Below the pieces are notes generated by a model. That model saw only the letters and a list, made by a program, of their open reading frames with translations, searched no databases and was not told where the DNA came from. DNA of 64,000 nucleotides. It comes from the human T2T-CHM13v2.0 reference genome, Homo sapiens. This document shows, in pieces, positions 14,583-26,830 of the stretch. Position 1 is the first letter of the stretch. Each line of letters opens with the position of its first letter. The stretch lies in assembly GCF_009914755.1 (NCBI RefSeq), contig NC_060934.1; one strand, given 5' to 3'. The position numbers were made by a program, and so were the translations under genes.

Positions 14583-16199
14583 AATGCACTGAATGGATAC
14601 TCTGGAGAGGCAACAGCCAATCGGCCAACCTGAAAATCTGCCAATTCAATTTGACAGCTGCCAATCCAAGGGGGTTCAGGAAAAACAAAACATGTTTTAA
14701 TGAGAAAACAATTTCAGTTACTGAAAAGATATACACAAGATAAATGGCCTGCAAAAACAGAATTTCTGAAAGCTCTGTGATACTATCAGCCTTCCAATTT
14801 TTATGTTGTTTGCTTTTTGGCACCAGCAAAGTCAAAATAAAGAGTAATTGAAAACTTGGTTATTTAAAGTACAAAATAGAGAAATAGGGGTTCTCCCCCG
14901 CCAAATATTGTGTATTTTATAGTTACAGTCTATTTATACAAAAATATATTCCACAGGTGAATGATTCAATTATTTGCACATACTAAAACTATAAATTTGA
15001 TATGATTTCACAACTGGAGGGTAAAAATTATGGTCTGTTTACCAGCAACTTATGTAACCATATAACATTGAGAAGCCAGTATAATGCATAATAATGACAA
15101 TATCATGATATTTCTCTTAAATGCAGTACTCCTTGATGGTAGAGATATATAAATTACAATTAAAATATCTTTAAAAATGTTAATCATCATTGGAATTCAA
15201 GTTTTACTAGTAGTTGCTCAGAAAGAAAATACAAGCAGTGAGTGTAATATTGTTAATGCTTTACACAGCAGGAATGGAAAGCCAAGAGCTCTCAGTTACA
15301 TTTTGAAGCTGTTTAATACTAAAATAAGAAAATTAAATGCAACGCATGGCTGAATAGTAACTGAGACACTGTGGAATTCCAATTTCACATTTGCAGCCAA
15401 TTTATTTCTTCATCCTTCTGAAGTAGATAAATTGAATATCACAGTTAATAGTAGGATAGTACTTTTGAGTAAAGCCAAGTATTTGCCTATTCAACAATGA
15501 TACAGATTCCATTGTGCCTTTCATAGATCCCACTGCATATTCTTTAAGAGCAAAAATTAAAAAGAGGAGACAAATTTGCCAGATATGTTCCCCTCTTAAT
15601 TGTCTTATCTGGCAGAGAGTAATTTCTGTCATTTCTCTAATCCAGAAAAGATGTATTTTGAGTCTATTGAAAATTTACATTTAAGTACTTGGTAATTGTA
15701 TAATGTTTTTCAAGTGACAGAAAAGTGGAATTGACTAATTTTTTCTTCAAAAACTTTGAGCACATATGCATCCTCAAAATTAAAATGATAAGGAATTGGA
15801 GAAATAAGAGCTAAGTATTCTATTAAGTGACTTTATATATGAAAGTTTTAAAAATTGAGGCTCTCACTAGCCAGATAATTACTTGACTAATAAATACTAG
15901 TGATCTAAAAATACACAAGAATGTAGATATTCATTAGTTAACTCATTTCCAGTTTTGTGGTTTATGTAGCAATTTAATAGACAGGCAAAATACCTTCAGA
16001 CCTTCAATAAGATGATACTTCACTGTCTTAAATTTATTCTGGAATAACCAAAGGTAAAAATTTAATAGTGAATCACAGAGCCTACTCTATCACATGACCA
16101 TGTGGTAAGATCAAACAGATTTTTGCAGACTAACATTTCCAGAATGTTGTATTTTTAAATAAAATATAACTGACTTTTATTATGTTTCTGTTTAATATT

Positions 16200-17170
16200 A
16201 AGATAATGTTAAGAACTGATGATATAAAGAATGAAAAGCCATGATTCCAATTCTCAAAGATTTTAGGATTTAGTAGAAATGACACATGTAAATAGATGAG
16301 AAGAATACCCGGTGATAAGGATAAAGACAGGATATAGAAAGGATGTGTTTTTTTATTAACAAGAATGAGAGGTAAATCAGGGAAGAAGTAATGACTGAGT
16401 TGAACTGTGAGTGCTATAGGAGACTCTGTTATGTGGATGAAAGAGATGAGGGTAGATGTGGATGGGATGGTAAAAGAGTCATTCCAGTAAGACAAGCACA
16501 CAGAGTCTTGGTCATATTAGGTTTTCTTACAATTATAAATATAGATCGCTTTTCTGAAATTCTTGATTACAGATGGGTGCCAAAATTCAGATGTTTTTAA
16601 AAAGTAATATATTTCATAAACTGAATATAACATCTCATTCAGATGTAGTCTGAAGCTACATCTCATAATCAAACATAATATTTCTACAGTGAAACATGAA
16701 TATTTACCTCATGTGGATAAATACAGTCAAAATGAGTCACATAATAGGTCCGTATAGGTTTTGCCATGTGGCAAATTACCAAAAAAAAATCTGTGCTTAG
16801 GATTTGCTTTTCTAGTTTTGAAAATGTGAATAAGTGACTATAGACCTATAATTACTCAATTCATTTTAATGGGTATATAATTTATAAAAATGAAAAGAGA
16901 AAATGGTGGCAGATAAATTGGAGAATATAGCAGAAGCTTGAGGTCATAGAGCAGATAAATGTTAGAGCCAAGGTTTAAAATGAATAAGATTAAGACATAA
17001 GTCAATCTTTCCTGCTAGATGACACAGGTCTTATGTGTAGGATGATCTGAAAGCTAGAAGGATCTTCAGGGGACTATTGGACATGATTCTAATGAGAGAT
17101 GATGAGAACTTGAACTGTGATAGAGAAGACAGGTTCAAGAAAATAGGAAGAGTTAGATATCTTAATTTGA
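16200..17170 (-). mobile_element. Decayed L2 fragments (interrupted by a Tigger-type element)
   Basis: Purine-rich antisense L2-like motifs, e.g. 'gagagatgatgagaacttgaact' and 'ggagaatatagcagaagcttgaggtcatagag'. Confidence 0.45.
16540..16850 (-). mobile_element. Ancient TcMar-Tigger-type MITE
   Basis: Ends 'gtgaataagtgactatagacctata'; internal 'cataatcaaacataatatttctacagtgaaacatgaatattt' recalls an old Tigger-like MITE. Exact family not assigned. Confidence 0.5.
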
Positions 17171-17684
17171 TATTTAAAAAGAAATTTACATTTGCCCTAA
17201 GACTGCAGTTAGCAATTGAATAGAAAAATAATTGTAATATTTTAACTTAAATTCAATGACTATATCATAAAATAAAAAAGCATAGCACTGTTGTGATTAT
17301 GTGTATGGACACATACACACACACAATAATTATATAAATTACATAACTTGGTTAAGGTTAAAGATATAACTCCCTCTCACCACCATGAATTTTTTTTTTA
17401 ATGTAGGTATAGGTAACTTTGTGTTTAGAAAACCATACCTAATAATTAATATACAAGTAATTTTTTAAAGATACAAAATATGGTTAAATCCAAGATAACA
17501 AATTATCATTATGTTAATACTTTACTTTGAAAGGTGTCATTATTTTCAAGACGTATCATTTAACTGATCTACTTTATCTAGTTACCCACACCTATGACTT
17601 CCATAAGTGAAATGTCTTTATCAGTGAAAACAAAACTAGCCTGGATAAATGGAGTAGGATTGAAGACCTAAACAAAAAGCTATT

Positions 17685-18064
17685 CTTGAGCTGCCCAGGT
17701 TGTGTCCTGCCCACAGTGGCCTCCAAGATCACCTGAGTGGGAGGTGAAATCCAGCTTGCTCTTCCCTTCACCAAGTTGCTCACCTTGACACGGGCTGCAT
17801 CAGCCTGGAGGACAGGCTGCCTCTCCCAAGTGGTTCTGCCATAATGGCTGAAATTTTGTAATCATTACTGGGTGAAGCAGAATGCAATTTTTCACCTTTG
17901 TAGTGGGCGTATAATTTATAACAATAAAAAGAGAAAATGATGGCAGATAAAATGGAGAGTATAGCAGAAGCTAGAGGTCATACAGCTCTTAATTGTTAAA
18001 GCCAAGACCCTCAGTGGAGGGTCTGTCAAAGGCACCTCAGTACTAATAGCCACTGGCGGCCTTG
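17685..18064 (-). mobile_element. MER91-family hAT-Tip100 element, split by an internal insertion
   Basis: Left part 'caggttgtgtcctgcccaca...gagtgggaggtgaaatccagcttgc...caccaag...gggctgcatcagcctggagga'; terminal part 'aaaggcacc...ggcggccttg' at ~18028-18064. Confidence 0.55.
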
Positions 18065-18154
18065 TGCTAAACTCCCCTTTACTTGTTCACTACCTTCATA
18101 GGCTTAAGGGCATCAAATACTGCTCCTTTTTCATTTGTCTTCCACAAAACCAGT

Positions 18155-18275
18155 TTCATGTAGTGAAAAGAACATGGGTATCACCAGCACTGGTGCTTGA
18201 GGTTCAAGAACATGAATGTCTAGGTTTGAGCTCTGACCTTGCCACTTTAGAGCCTAAATGTTGCCTTAGGCAATA
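18155..18275 (+). mobile_element. MIR fragment
   Basis: 'tgtagtgaaaagaacatggg...ctaggtttgagctctgaccttgccactt...ccttaggcaa'. Confidence 0.55.
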
Positions 18276-20850
18276 CACAGTATACTGAAGAAAAGACAAG
18301 TTCTACTTAAACAAGTCAGCAAAGCATTGTGAGCCAGAGTTGTCAAATCCTTATAAGGATGGAAACACATTTAAACATTTACAAATTGGCTTTCTTATTA
18401 AAAATACTTCAGTTCTGAAAATCACTAAATCTATATCTAAATTTGCATACTCAGAGTGAGAAATTACCATGTACACGTTCATTAAATGGGTCGCTCCTAT
18501 ATAATTTTCCTATTATACAGCCTAATTTCTGGCAGAACATTGAAGTACATTATTTGTACATATATTCAGATAATTTTAGAGACCACTAGGAGATAAATTG
18601 TTAAAGTGAAATCAATTTTTACACTACTTAAGTATGTAAAAAGAAAATATGAATTCATCTTTTACAATGTTAGCATCTTATATATTTCATACTATAATGA
18701 AAACAAGTGTAATATTAGTCAAAACAAATAAACTTTAAAAAATGAATTTGTAAAAGTCCGTTCATTTGTATTAGGGATAACGTGTATTCATGTATATGAA
18801 TGGAGAACCCTGAGGCAAATCAAGAATAAAATATACAAAGGAGACTACTGGTACTCTATAGATAATCAGAAACAACAAATATAAATAGGCTCACACTACA
18901 AAAATAGACTTAATTACCTGTAAAATTTGGATTACCGAAGCTTACTATGCTTAGTACTTGGTTAACAGTAAAGCAACTAGCTTTAAAGTTATCAGTTAGT
19001 GAAGGGTGCAGCAGCTACAAAGAGGATCAATAATACTATGCTTCATGCCATGTTAACAACCAGGCAGCATTCAGGGATTCCCTCATATAGTGCTATAGAC
19101 CACTCTGAGGAATATGCATAGTGGATAATTGGGTGGAATCATAAAAGGGCAAATAGAATTTTCATCCCATATAAATATATAAATCAAGTATGCACACTTA
19201 AGAACTGCTAGGATATCACTACTGTCTGCTTTCTCCCTCTAATCAATTCTCTTTACATCAATGTAAATAAGTTAGTGTATCAGTGATAGTTGCTTTACCT
19301 CCTCTACCAGTTAGTTTCATTCAAGGTGTGGTTCTCAGATTGCAAGATGAAGTAATTCACACCCTTGACATACTTAAGAGTTTAACTGAACTTGTTGTGA
19401 CATTAACAGCCTCCTGCTATAAACCAACTATTTTTAGTTCTTGCAACCATCACAAGGGGACAAGACTGCTTCTGGCAGTACAGAGAGAAGAGATGGAATG
19501 TCAACCTACAGATGTAGTTAGGTATAATAGTATAGATACCACATTATTGCAATAAGGATTTTAGGAGGCAAACAATGAAATGGTCCAACATGATGAATGA
19601 TAAAATGATAAGTAAGTGAGACATTACAGAATATATGTCTAAATGTTAGCAGCAGTTACTTCGGTGCAGTTACTTCAGTGGATTGTAATTACAGGTTTTT
19701 CTCTCTGTTTACTTTCTTATTGTTGTTTCAGATATAATTTTATTATTTATATGTTCTCTGTTTAATCTCGTCTTAGTTATTATGAAGTGTTATTTTGATA
19801 AAAATTTAGAAAACTGAAGAGAAGAATGGGTGAAATTTAATGAACACTAAAGTTCCAGGTTCTTGCACACATTTCTAAGACAGTGTTCACAGATTTGGCT
19901 GTGAGCTTTCTGGCAACCAATGCAAAAAAAAAAAAAAAAAGCAATAATAATCAATTATAAATAATTAATAAAATTATCATAGATCAGAAAAAGGAAGTAC
20001 TTCAGGCTTCAGGCCTCATTTAGGGGCAAAGATAAATATTTCTTGACAAGGTCTTTAAAAGTTGTGTTTGTAATAAATATTTTTAACAACCATCCTTTGA
20101 TATAAACAGAAACATAATTATTGGGGCTTTTTCCTTAAAGAGTTTGTCTACATGAAACTATCCCAAGGATGCCAGAAGTACTCATCAAGTCCCTGATGAA
20201 TAAACTGTCAATTCAGTGCACATAGTATGTCTATACAAAATAAAGAAGCAATGATCCTTACATGTTTTGTAAAACCAGCTTTTGATATATATTTTGCTGT
20301 AAAGATCAGCTATTAGCGATTTCTGACAAGGTACTTCAATAGAGATATTTTTCACTAAGCCTCCATTTACATGATTCAGCAGTCAACAAAGCCAGAGCTG
20401 CAGCTGAATCATCCTAGAGGAGCTGAAAGAAGACCTGCAAATGGATGGCAACAACACGTGATCAAAGGAAACCCACGAAGAGAACAATGATTTCCCAGAA
20501 ATAAAGGGGTCTATTTCATACATACAAAGGACCTACACTCCAATCCATTGCACAAATAATTTATATCTGCAAAATGTATGTATGGATAATGATCCTTCAT
20601 GTGAAGCTTGAGGCTAAAATATACCAATGAAGCATTCAAGGAATATTTAGCTTTAGGAGGTTTCTATCTTGTTAAAACTTTTGGAAAAAATAAGAAAACA
20701 TACGATTTTAGGAAAACTAATGAGATCATTGCCACACAGATATATTAAATAGGCTAGGGAAACAATGGAGGATATTACATGTACTGATGGTTGTGGTCTT
20801 TGGTATAGGTAAAGCAACTGTGGCCAGTTTTCCCTAAGGCGGCCTTCTTC

Positions 20851-20927
20851 TAGGTTGAATGGTATGAAGTTGCTGATTTTTGACCAATTGGCACCTCCAT
20901 GTGGCAGTTTTATGTGTTTTAACCTAA
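20851..20927. mobile_element. MADE2 mariner MITE
   Basis: ~80-bp palindrome: TAGGTTGAA..TATGAAGTTGC ... GGCAGTTTTATG..TTAACCTAA. Confidence 0.7.
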
Positions 20928-21099
20928 TAGTTCATGAGGACAAATTTATTTTATTCACTCATGGGAGAATCTGTCTTTATGCTTTCTATCAGGAGTTAGA
21001 ATCCAGGCAATAAATATACCTACGTGCACATGTAAAATTGACTCTCTTATTAGAGAAGTAGAATAGGTTTTACTTATTCCCACTCTGCATCTTTCTGAT

Positions 21100-21535
21100 T
21101 TCAGTAGTTGCAATCTCTAGAGATCACTGTGATTATGGGTAAGATGATAATGACCTTATTCCAGAGGGGGAGTTTGTAACCTAAGCTAAGTCAATAAGCC
21201 CTACACACAATCATCTGTTGGTTCAGAAATGGATATGTTACAATGGTGGGCTAAACAGAGAGAGGTTGGTGACTGTTGAAAGTGTTATGCATATAAATTT
21301 GAAAGTGGAATAGGATAGGCTGAGATTATGAGGGAAGACTGTCTTAAAATGAAGTCATGACCAATGAAGTAAAAGCTGACAGACAGTAATATCGCTAAAC
21401 TCTTGGGTCAGCCCTTGCCTGAAGGCTGAAAGGAATTCTAGACCTTCAGATTCATAAGCCAATGAATATGCTGTATTCTGTGTGACAATTTTAGTTATGT
21501 TTTTATTACTTTCACAATAAAGTATCTTAACACAT
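21100..21535 (+). mobile_element. MLT1K-like MaLR LTR, diverged
   Basis: 'ctaagctaagtcaat', 'ttggttcagaaatggatatg', 'gcccttgcctgaag', 'ataagccaatgaat', 'agtatcttaacac'. Confidence 0.55.
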
Positions 21536-21600
21536 ATGTGAAGGCAGTCATTCTATCTATATCTATCTATCTATCTATATAAAATCATTAAAAACATATT

Positions 21601-22403
21601 AAGAAGACATTTATGCATCCAACAGACACATGAAAAAATGCTCATCATCACTGGCCATCAGAGAAATGCAAATTAAAACCACAATAAGATACCATCTCAC
21701 ACCAGTTAGAATGATGATCATTAAAAAGTCAGGAAACAACAGGTGCTGGAGAGGATGTGGAGAAATAGGAACACTTTTACACTGTTGGTGGGAGTGTAAA
21801 CTAGTTCAACCATTGTGGAAGTCAGTGTGGCGATTCCTCAGGGATCTAGAACTAGAAATACCATTTGACCCAGCCATCCCATTACTGGGTATATACCCAA
21901 AGGATTATAAATCATGCTGCTATAAAGACACATGCACATGTATGTTTATTGCGGCACTATTAACAATAGCAAAGACTTGGAACCAACCCAAATGTCCAAC
22001 AATGATAGACTGGATTAAGAAAATGTGGCACATATACACCATGGAATACTATGTAGCCATAAAAAGTGATGAGTTCATGTCCTTTGTAGGGACATGGATG
22101 AAGCTGGAAACCATCATTCTTAGCAAACTATCACAAGGACAGAAAACCAAACATCACATGTTCTCACTCATAGGTGGGAATTGAACAATGAGAACACTTG
22201 GACACAGGAAGGGGTACATCACACACTGGGGCCTGCTGTGGGGTGGGGGAAGCGGGGAGGGATAGCATTAGAAGATATACCTAATGTAAATGACGAGTTA
22301 ATGGGTGCAGCACACCAACATGCCACATGTATACATATGTAACAAATATGCACGTTGTGCACATGTACCCTAGAACTTAAAGGATAATAAAAAAATAAAT
22401 AAA
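21601..22403 (+). mobile_element. 5'-truncated L1PA (L1PA4/5-like), ~0.8 kb
   Basis: Near-consensus ORF2 end, G-rich 3'UTR ('cacttggacacagg', 'ccctagaacttaaag') and A-rich tail. Confidence 0.93.
21630..22184 (+). pseudogene. L1 ORF2p C-terminal cysteine-rich fragment (non-functional truncation)
   Basis: ORF contains [26 protein letters not shown] and ends HMFSLIGGN*, the canonical ORF2p C-terminus. Confidence 0.92.
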
Positions 22404-22484
22404 TTAACATAAGTAAATATTGTGCAAACTATTGGTAAATTTATTATGCTCTATAGTTCTAAAACAATTTAGATTCAAAATCAC

Positions 22485-22665
22485 ACAAATATGTGTGTAT
22501 GTGTGTGTGTGTATATATATATATACATATCTTTTATAATTATTAAGCTGCCACTCTAGAAGTGAAGAAATTCATGTTTTATACACACACACACACGCAC
22601 ACACATTTGTATGTATACAAATTATATTTCTTCTCTTCTAGAATGGCAACTTAATAATTATGAAA
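22485..22665. repeat. Interleaved inverted repeats (A-B-A'-B') with TG/CA/TA microsatellites
   Basis: 22536-22571 is the reverse complement of 22626-22661 (33/36). 22485-22515 is complementary to 22580-22610. Confidence 0.85.
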
Positions 22666-23419
22666 ATGTTATATGCAGCTAGTGGTAATGAGTGCTGGGT
22701 TTGGATTTCTGATCTGGTATATGGATACTAATGCTTTGGGATTCCACTAATGTGTTAGATGTAAACAGATGTGAGACAGAAGTAAAGTTGTAGGTGGGGG
22801 TGATGGGGAATAATATTACTGACATTCCACATTTTAAACATTTCCAAATCCTCTGTTACCTTGTGAGGGGAAATCTTCATTCTTAATGACCCAAAAGTTA
22901 TTTCAGCCATTGATTATATTCCAAGACAGAAGTGCCTCCACCACCAGTTTCTCTAGTTGTGGTATGAACCTCAATGTTCAGACAAACTGAATAACAGCTG
23001 ATTATAACTGACAGGCTTTCAGAGGGTTTGGGTCAAAAATAAAAGCTTTTAAAGTGACAAATACATGAAATCATTAAAGAAGTGGTACCTAGTAGCATGA
23101 TTCAATTTGTTCTAAGTAAAAAAAAAAAAGAAAGAAAGAAAAAGAAAAAAGAAAAAAACAAACTGAGTAACAGAAGCCAGAAGCTGTCAGAGGCACTTGA
23201 TATATTTCTGTGATGGCATTTGTAATCTCAAGGGATTGAGCAGGGAGCTTTATGTGGAAATGTGTGTGGGGTGTGTGTGTCAGAAAGAAAGGGAGAGAGG
23301 GAGGGAGAAGAGAGAGAGAGAAAAAACAAGAGCTCAAGATATAGACAGAGAAGTGCTAAAGTGTTTTGCTGTTGATGAAGCAATTTTTAAAATATCACCT
23401 AATTTGGGCCTTGCAACAA

Positions 23420-23578
23420 ACCTATGCAGTGTGAAGGGCAGTTATTATTATCCTCATTTTAAAAATGATGAAAGGCAGGCTGATGTCCTCAGTGGCTAAA
23501 TGACTTTAGTACAGACAAATAGCTAGTGAATGGTGGTTTTGGGATTATGTTTCAGATCTTCTGACTGCAAAGTCCTTA
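23420..23578 (-). mobile_element. MIR
   Basis: 'ttattatcctcattttaaaaatgatgaaa...gctagtgaatggtgg...tctgactgcaaagtcc' is the antisense MIR core. Confidence 0.7.
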
Positions 23579-23664
23579 AAAGTTTTACAACTCCTTCATA
23601 TTATAATGCACCACTCATAAAAAAAATTAAATCTAAAAAGCTGCTAATATGGTTTCAAATGGAA

Positions 23665-24287
23665 TATTTTGTCACATCCTAGACTGATAAATCCAGTTGT
23701 ATCTATCTATATATAGTTATATATATATCTCTTCAAATTTCCTTTAGGAGGTAAGATTACCATATCAATATATATATATACACATACACATTATATATAT
23801 TATAAAGATATATATCTATATCTACCTATACATACACTATACAAAGATCTCTCTCTCTATGTTATGTACACACACACATACACACACACACATATACACA
23901 CACACAACTAGATTTGTTAGACTAGGACGTGACAAAATAAATATAACCTGGTAAATTTATTGAGAGAGAAAAGAAAAACTGTCTTTTGTAAATGTGTAAA
24001 TAAATATATATATATCTTAAAGAGATATATATAAAGAGATAAAGAGATATAATTATATATCTTTATAAAGAGATATATTTCTTAAGATATATCTATATTA
24101 TATATAGATATTGTATATTATGTATATATTTTAAAGAGATATATAAAGATATATGTGTAAGTACATATTAAGAGATATATATAAAGATATAATATATATA
24201 AAACATATATATTACATCTTTGTTTATCCTTTTGCAAACGACGGTTTTTTTTTCCTCTCTCAATAAAATTATCAGGTTATATTTATT
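23665..24287. repeat. Two abutting inverted repeats (C..C' D..D') with TA/CA-rich spacers
   Basis: 23665-23700 vs reverse complement of 23904-23939 (31/36); 23936-~24008 vs reverse complement of ~24215-24287 (first 33 nt 31/33). Confidence 0.88.
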
Positions 24288-24454
24288 AAGGTGAAAAATA
24301 AATATATGAAGTAGTTTGCCTAAAACCATCTTATGTGCTTCTGAACTTTCTCATAAAACACTTAAACATTTATTTGGACACCTTTAGGCATCTTTAAAGC
24401 TACTCCAAATCTTCTTCTACCCTTTCAATTCCCCCATGAAAGAGAATAAAGCCA

Positions 24455-24830
24455 AATAATTGTTGTCTCTGTTTCGCTACCAGTGAGAAGCGGCCCTGTG
24501 ATCCAGTTCTGGGTCATAAAATATCAATGTAAAAATTTGTGCTTCTGAGAAAGTTTGGCTTTCTCACAGTAAAGAGGAAAGCTTTCGTACAGATTTTACT
24601 TTTTTCTTGCTTTAAATTTGAGCACAATGACTAGAGAGCCAGCAGTAATCTCTCCACCTAAAGGAAAGTTGAAAGCAATCCGGGAGGCAGCCCTGACATG
24701 TTTGCACTACTGAAAACATACTAGCAACTGCCATCCTCTGGATTTGTCTTGGTGGGAGGTGGAGGCAGAGGGAAGGGAGGTGTTGTAGGTTTTACTGTTT
24801 ATATTCATTCACATCTGAAATATCCAAATA
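24455..24830 (+). mobile_element. MLT1-type LTR fragment
   Basis: 'ggccctgtgatccagttctgg', 'gcttctgagaaagttt', 'ccatcctctggattt'. Confidence 0.45.
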
Positions 24831-25768
24831 ATGCTTTTTTTGGTCCCCAAAACTCTCGAAACTACTTAACACATGTGCTATGTCACTGCTTAGGACAGAC
24901 AATATTAACAGCATCATCAGGCATTTTAAATATGCACCATTCTTACCTAAGGGCAAATGGGCCCCTCTCAATCAAAGAATGAAAGGAGTCCCTATCATGC
25001 TAACGTTCTTCAGCACCTTTGCATTTCTGTTGCATCAAGTATATGGCACCTTATAAGCATCTTGTTGATGCAGACTGACTTTTCAGACTAACGCTATATG
25101 CTCCTGCTAAGTGACTATTTGCTACCATCGCCACCTCCTTTTCCTTATTTATGCTCTTCCATCTAGCAGCAATACTTTCTCATAATTTTCTCCTCTGTAG
25201 CACTGCCTGTTGACGTCTAGGAATACTCTTTACAAGCTTATCTACAGCAATATCTCTTATTTAAAGCCTTGCCTGCATTATCTGTCATTTAAAGCCTTGC
25301 CTGGTACTTGTAACCAAAATTATGTTCTTCCTTTTAATCTCCCTGGGGAAATTGTTACTGCTCATGTGGCATTAATATCACACATTTTCTCATATTATTA
25401 CGTGCAGTAGACACATTCCTTGTCATTTGCAAAATTATCACCCTCACTCCCAGTAGACCATAGAGCTCGTTCCCTGAGGGCAGGAAGAGTATGTGATTCA
25501 CTTTCCATAGTCATACAGTATATACCACAAAGGTGATAGGGGTGGGATAGCTATGGGTACCAAGGCTGAAAGAGTTTATTCTCTGCAAAAAGTTATTCCC
25601 TTCTTCATGCCCTCCTCTACTGCTACAAATTTCTCAAGAATGAGAATAAGCAAAGAGGAAGGGCTATCTTATGGATACAATTTTAGAGAGTTTGAGATTT
25701 AAGTACAAAATCTAAAACAGAGATTTCCAAATCAGACATTTTTTAAAACTACCTCTGCATAATATTGG

Positions 25769-25988
25769 CGGGGGTTGGAAAATTCCAGCACACAGGCCAA
25801 ATCCAGCCCAGTGGGCTGATTTGATAAAGTTTTATTGGAACCCAGCCACATATTTGTTTCTATAATATCTAAATCTGCTTTTGCACTATAAAGGAAGAGT
25901 TGAGTAGATGCCGAAGAGACCCATACAGCCTGCAAAGCCCAAACTATTTACCCTCTTGCCCTTTATAGAAAAACTTTGCAAACTGTTA
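25769..25988 (+). mobile_element. MER58A (hAT-Charlie)
   Basis: 'ggccaaatccagccc...ataaagttttattggaacccagccac...agagttgagtag...tatttac...gccctttatagaaaaa' matches MER58A. Confidence 0.85.
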
Positions 25989-26830
25989 TTAGGAAGGTTA
26001 TAAAACAATGTTAGAAAAACAAATTTTTAGCATTTTTCTTGATGGCAGAACTTCTCTAACCCTTTCATTACTATTACAAATTTTCATATCATTTTCCTGA
26101 GCTGTCAAAATTATTTCCACCACAGAAAAATTTTTAACGGACCTTATCTTCTCAGGACAAGTGATCTGAGGATCGCATTTGGCAAATGCTGCTTTAACAA
26201 AGTGCAAGAAAAAACAATTGTTAAAATGATTTGCAGGTTTCTCTTCAAGTAATTGCCTCATCTGTTAATATTCAACCCTGTGAATGCGCTTATTATTCTA
26301 GTAATTTTCTAGGACACAATTAAGCCACATAGAAAACTGTTGTGGCCCATGATAAAAGAAATACTTAAGCTCCCTTCAGATAAAAAGTTACAGCATACCT
26401 TGTGCTATAAACAAGTTAGGTGGTAATTATCTGAGTGATGTGGATAATTAACATCAAAACAGCAGCAAATGTACTTGAGGGAGAATCTATGATGCTGGAC
26501 TTAAATTATTTAATCTAATTTAAATGGAGTCAGGAATACCAGACTTTAGATACATTAATGTGGATAGATCACACAGTTATAAGTTCCGTTAGATGTAGAA
26601 CTTCCCGTATTTGCTTATAGTTCTTAAATTACTTTCTTTAACCTCAGTGTTTTCCCTTAGAAACTATGGTTGGTCTCATTTATATCCCTTCTAAAATAAC
26701 TATGTTTCTTTAACTTGAATAAACATAGTGTTGATGTAAAAAGGTACTAAAACAAAATGTATTTTTTTCCAGAAGTTTTAGAATTGTGCACAAATTATTT
26801 AGTGATCAAATTCATTTAACCGAACAGTAG

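Noticed and set aside
14345-14835. 99/157-aa Leu/Ser-rich minus-strand ORFs
   Set aside because: They are translations of the GA-rich simple repeat.
21630-22184. 184-aa ORF as a host gene
   Set aside because: It is the C-terminus of L1 ORF2 in a 5'-truncated L1PA.
25260-25303. 17-bp direct repeat ATTTAAAGCCTTGCCTG
   Set aside because: An ordinary micro-duplication with no further structure.
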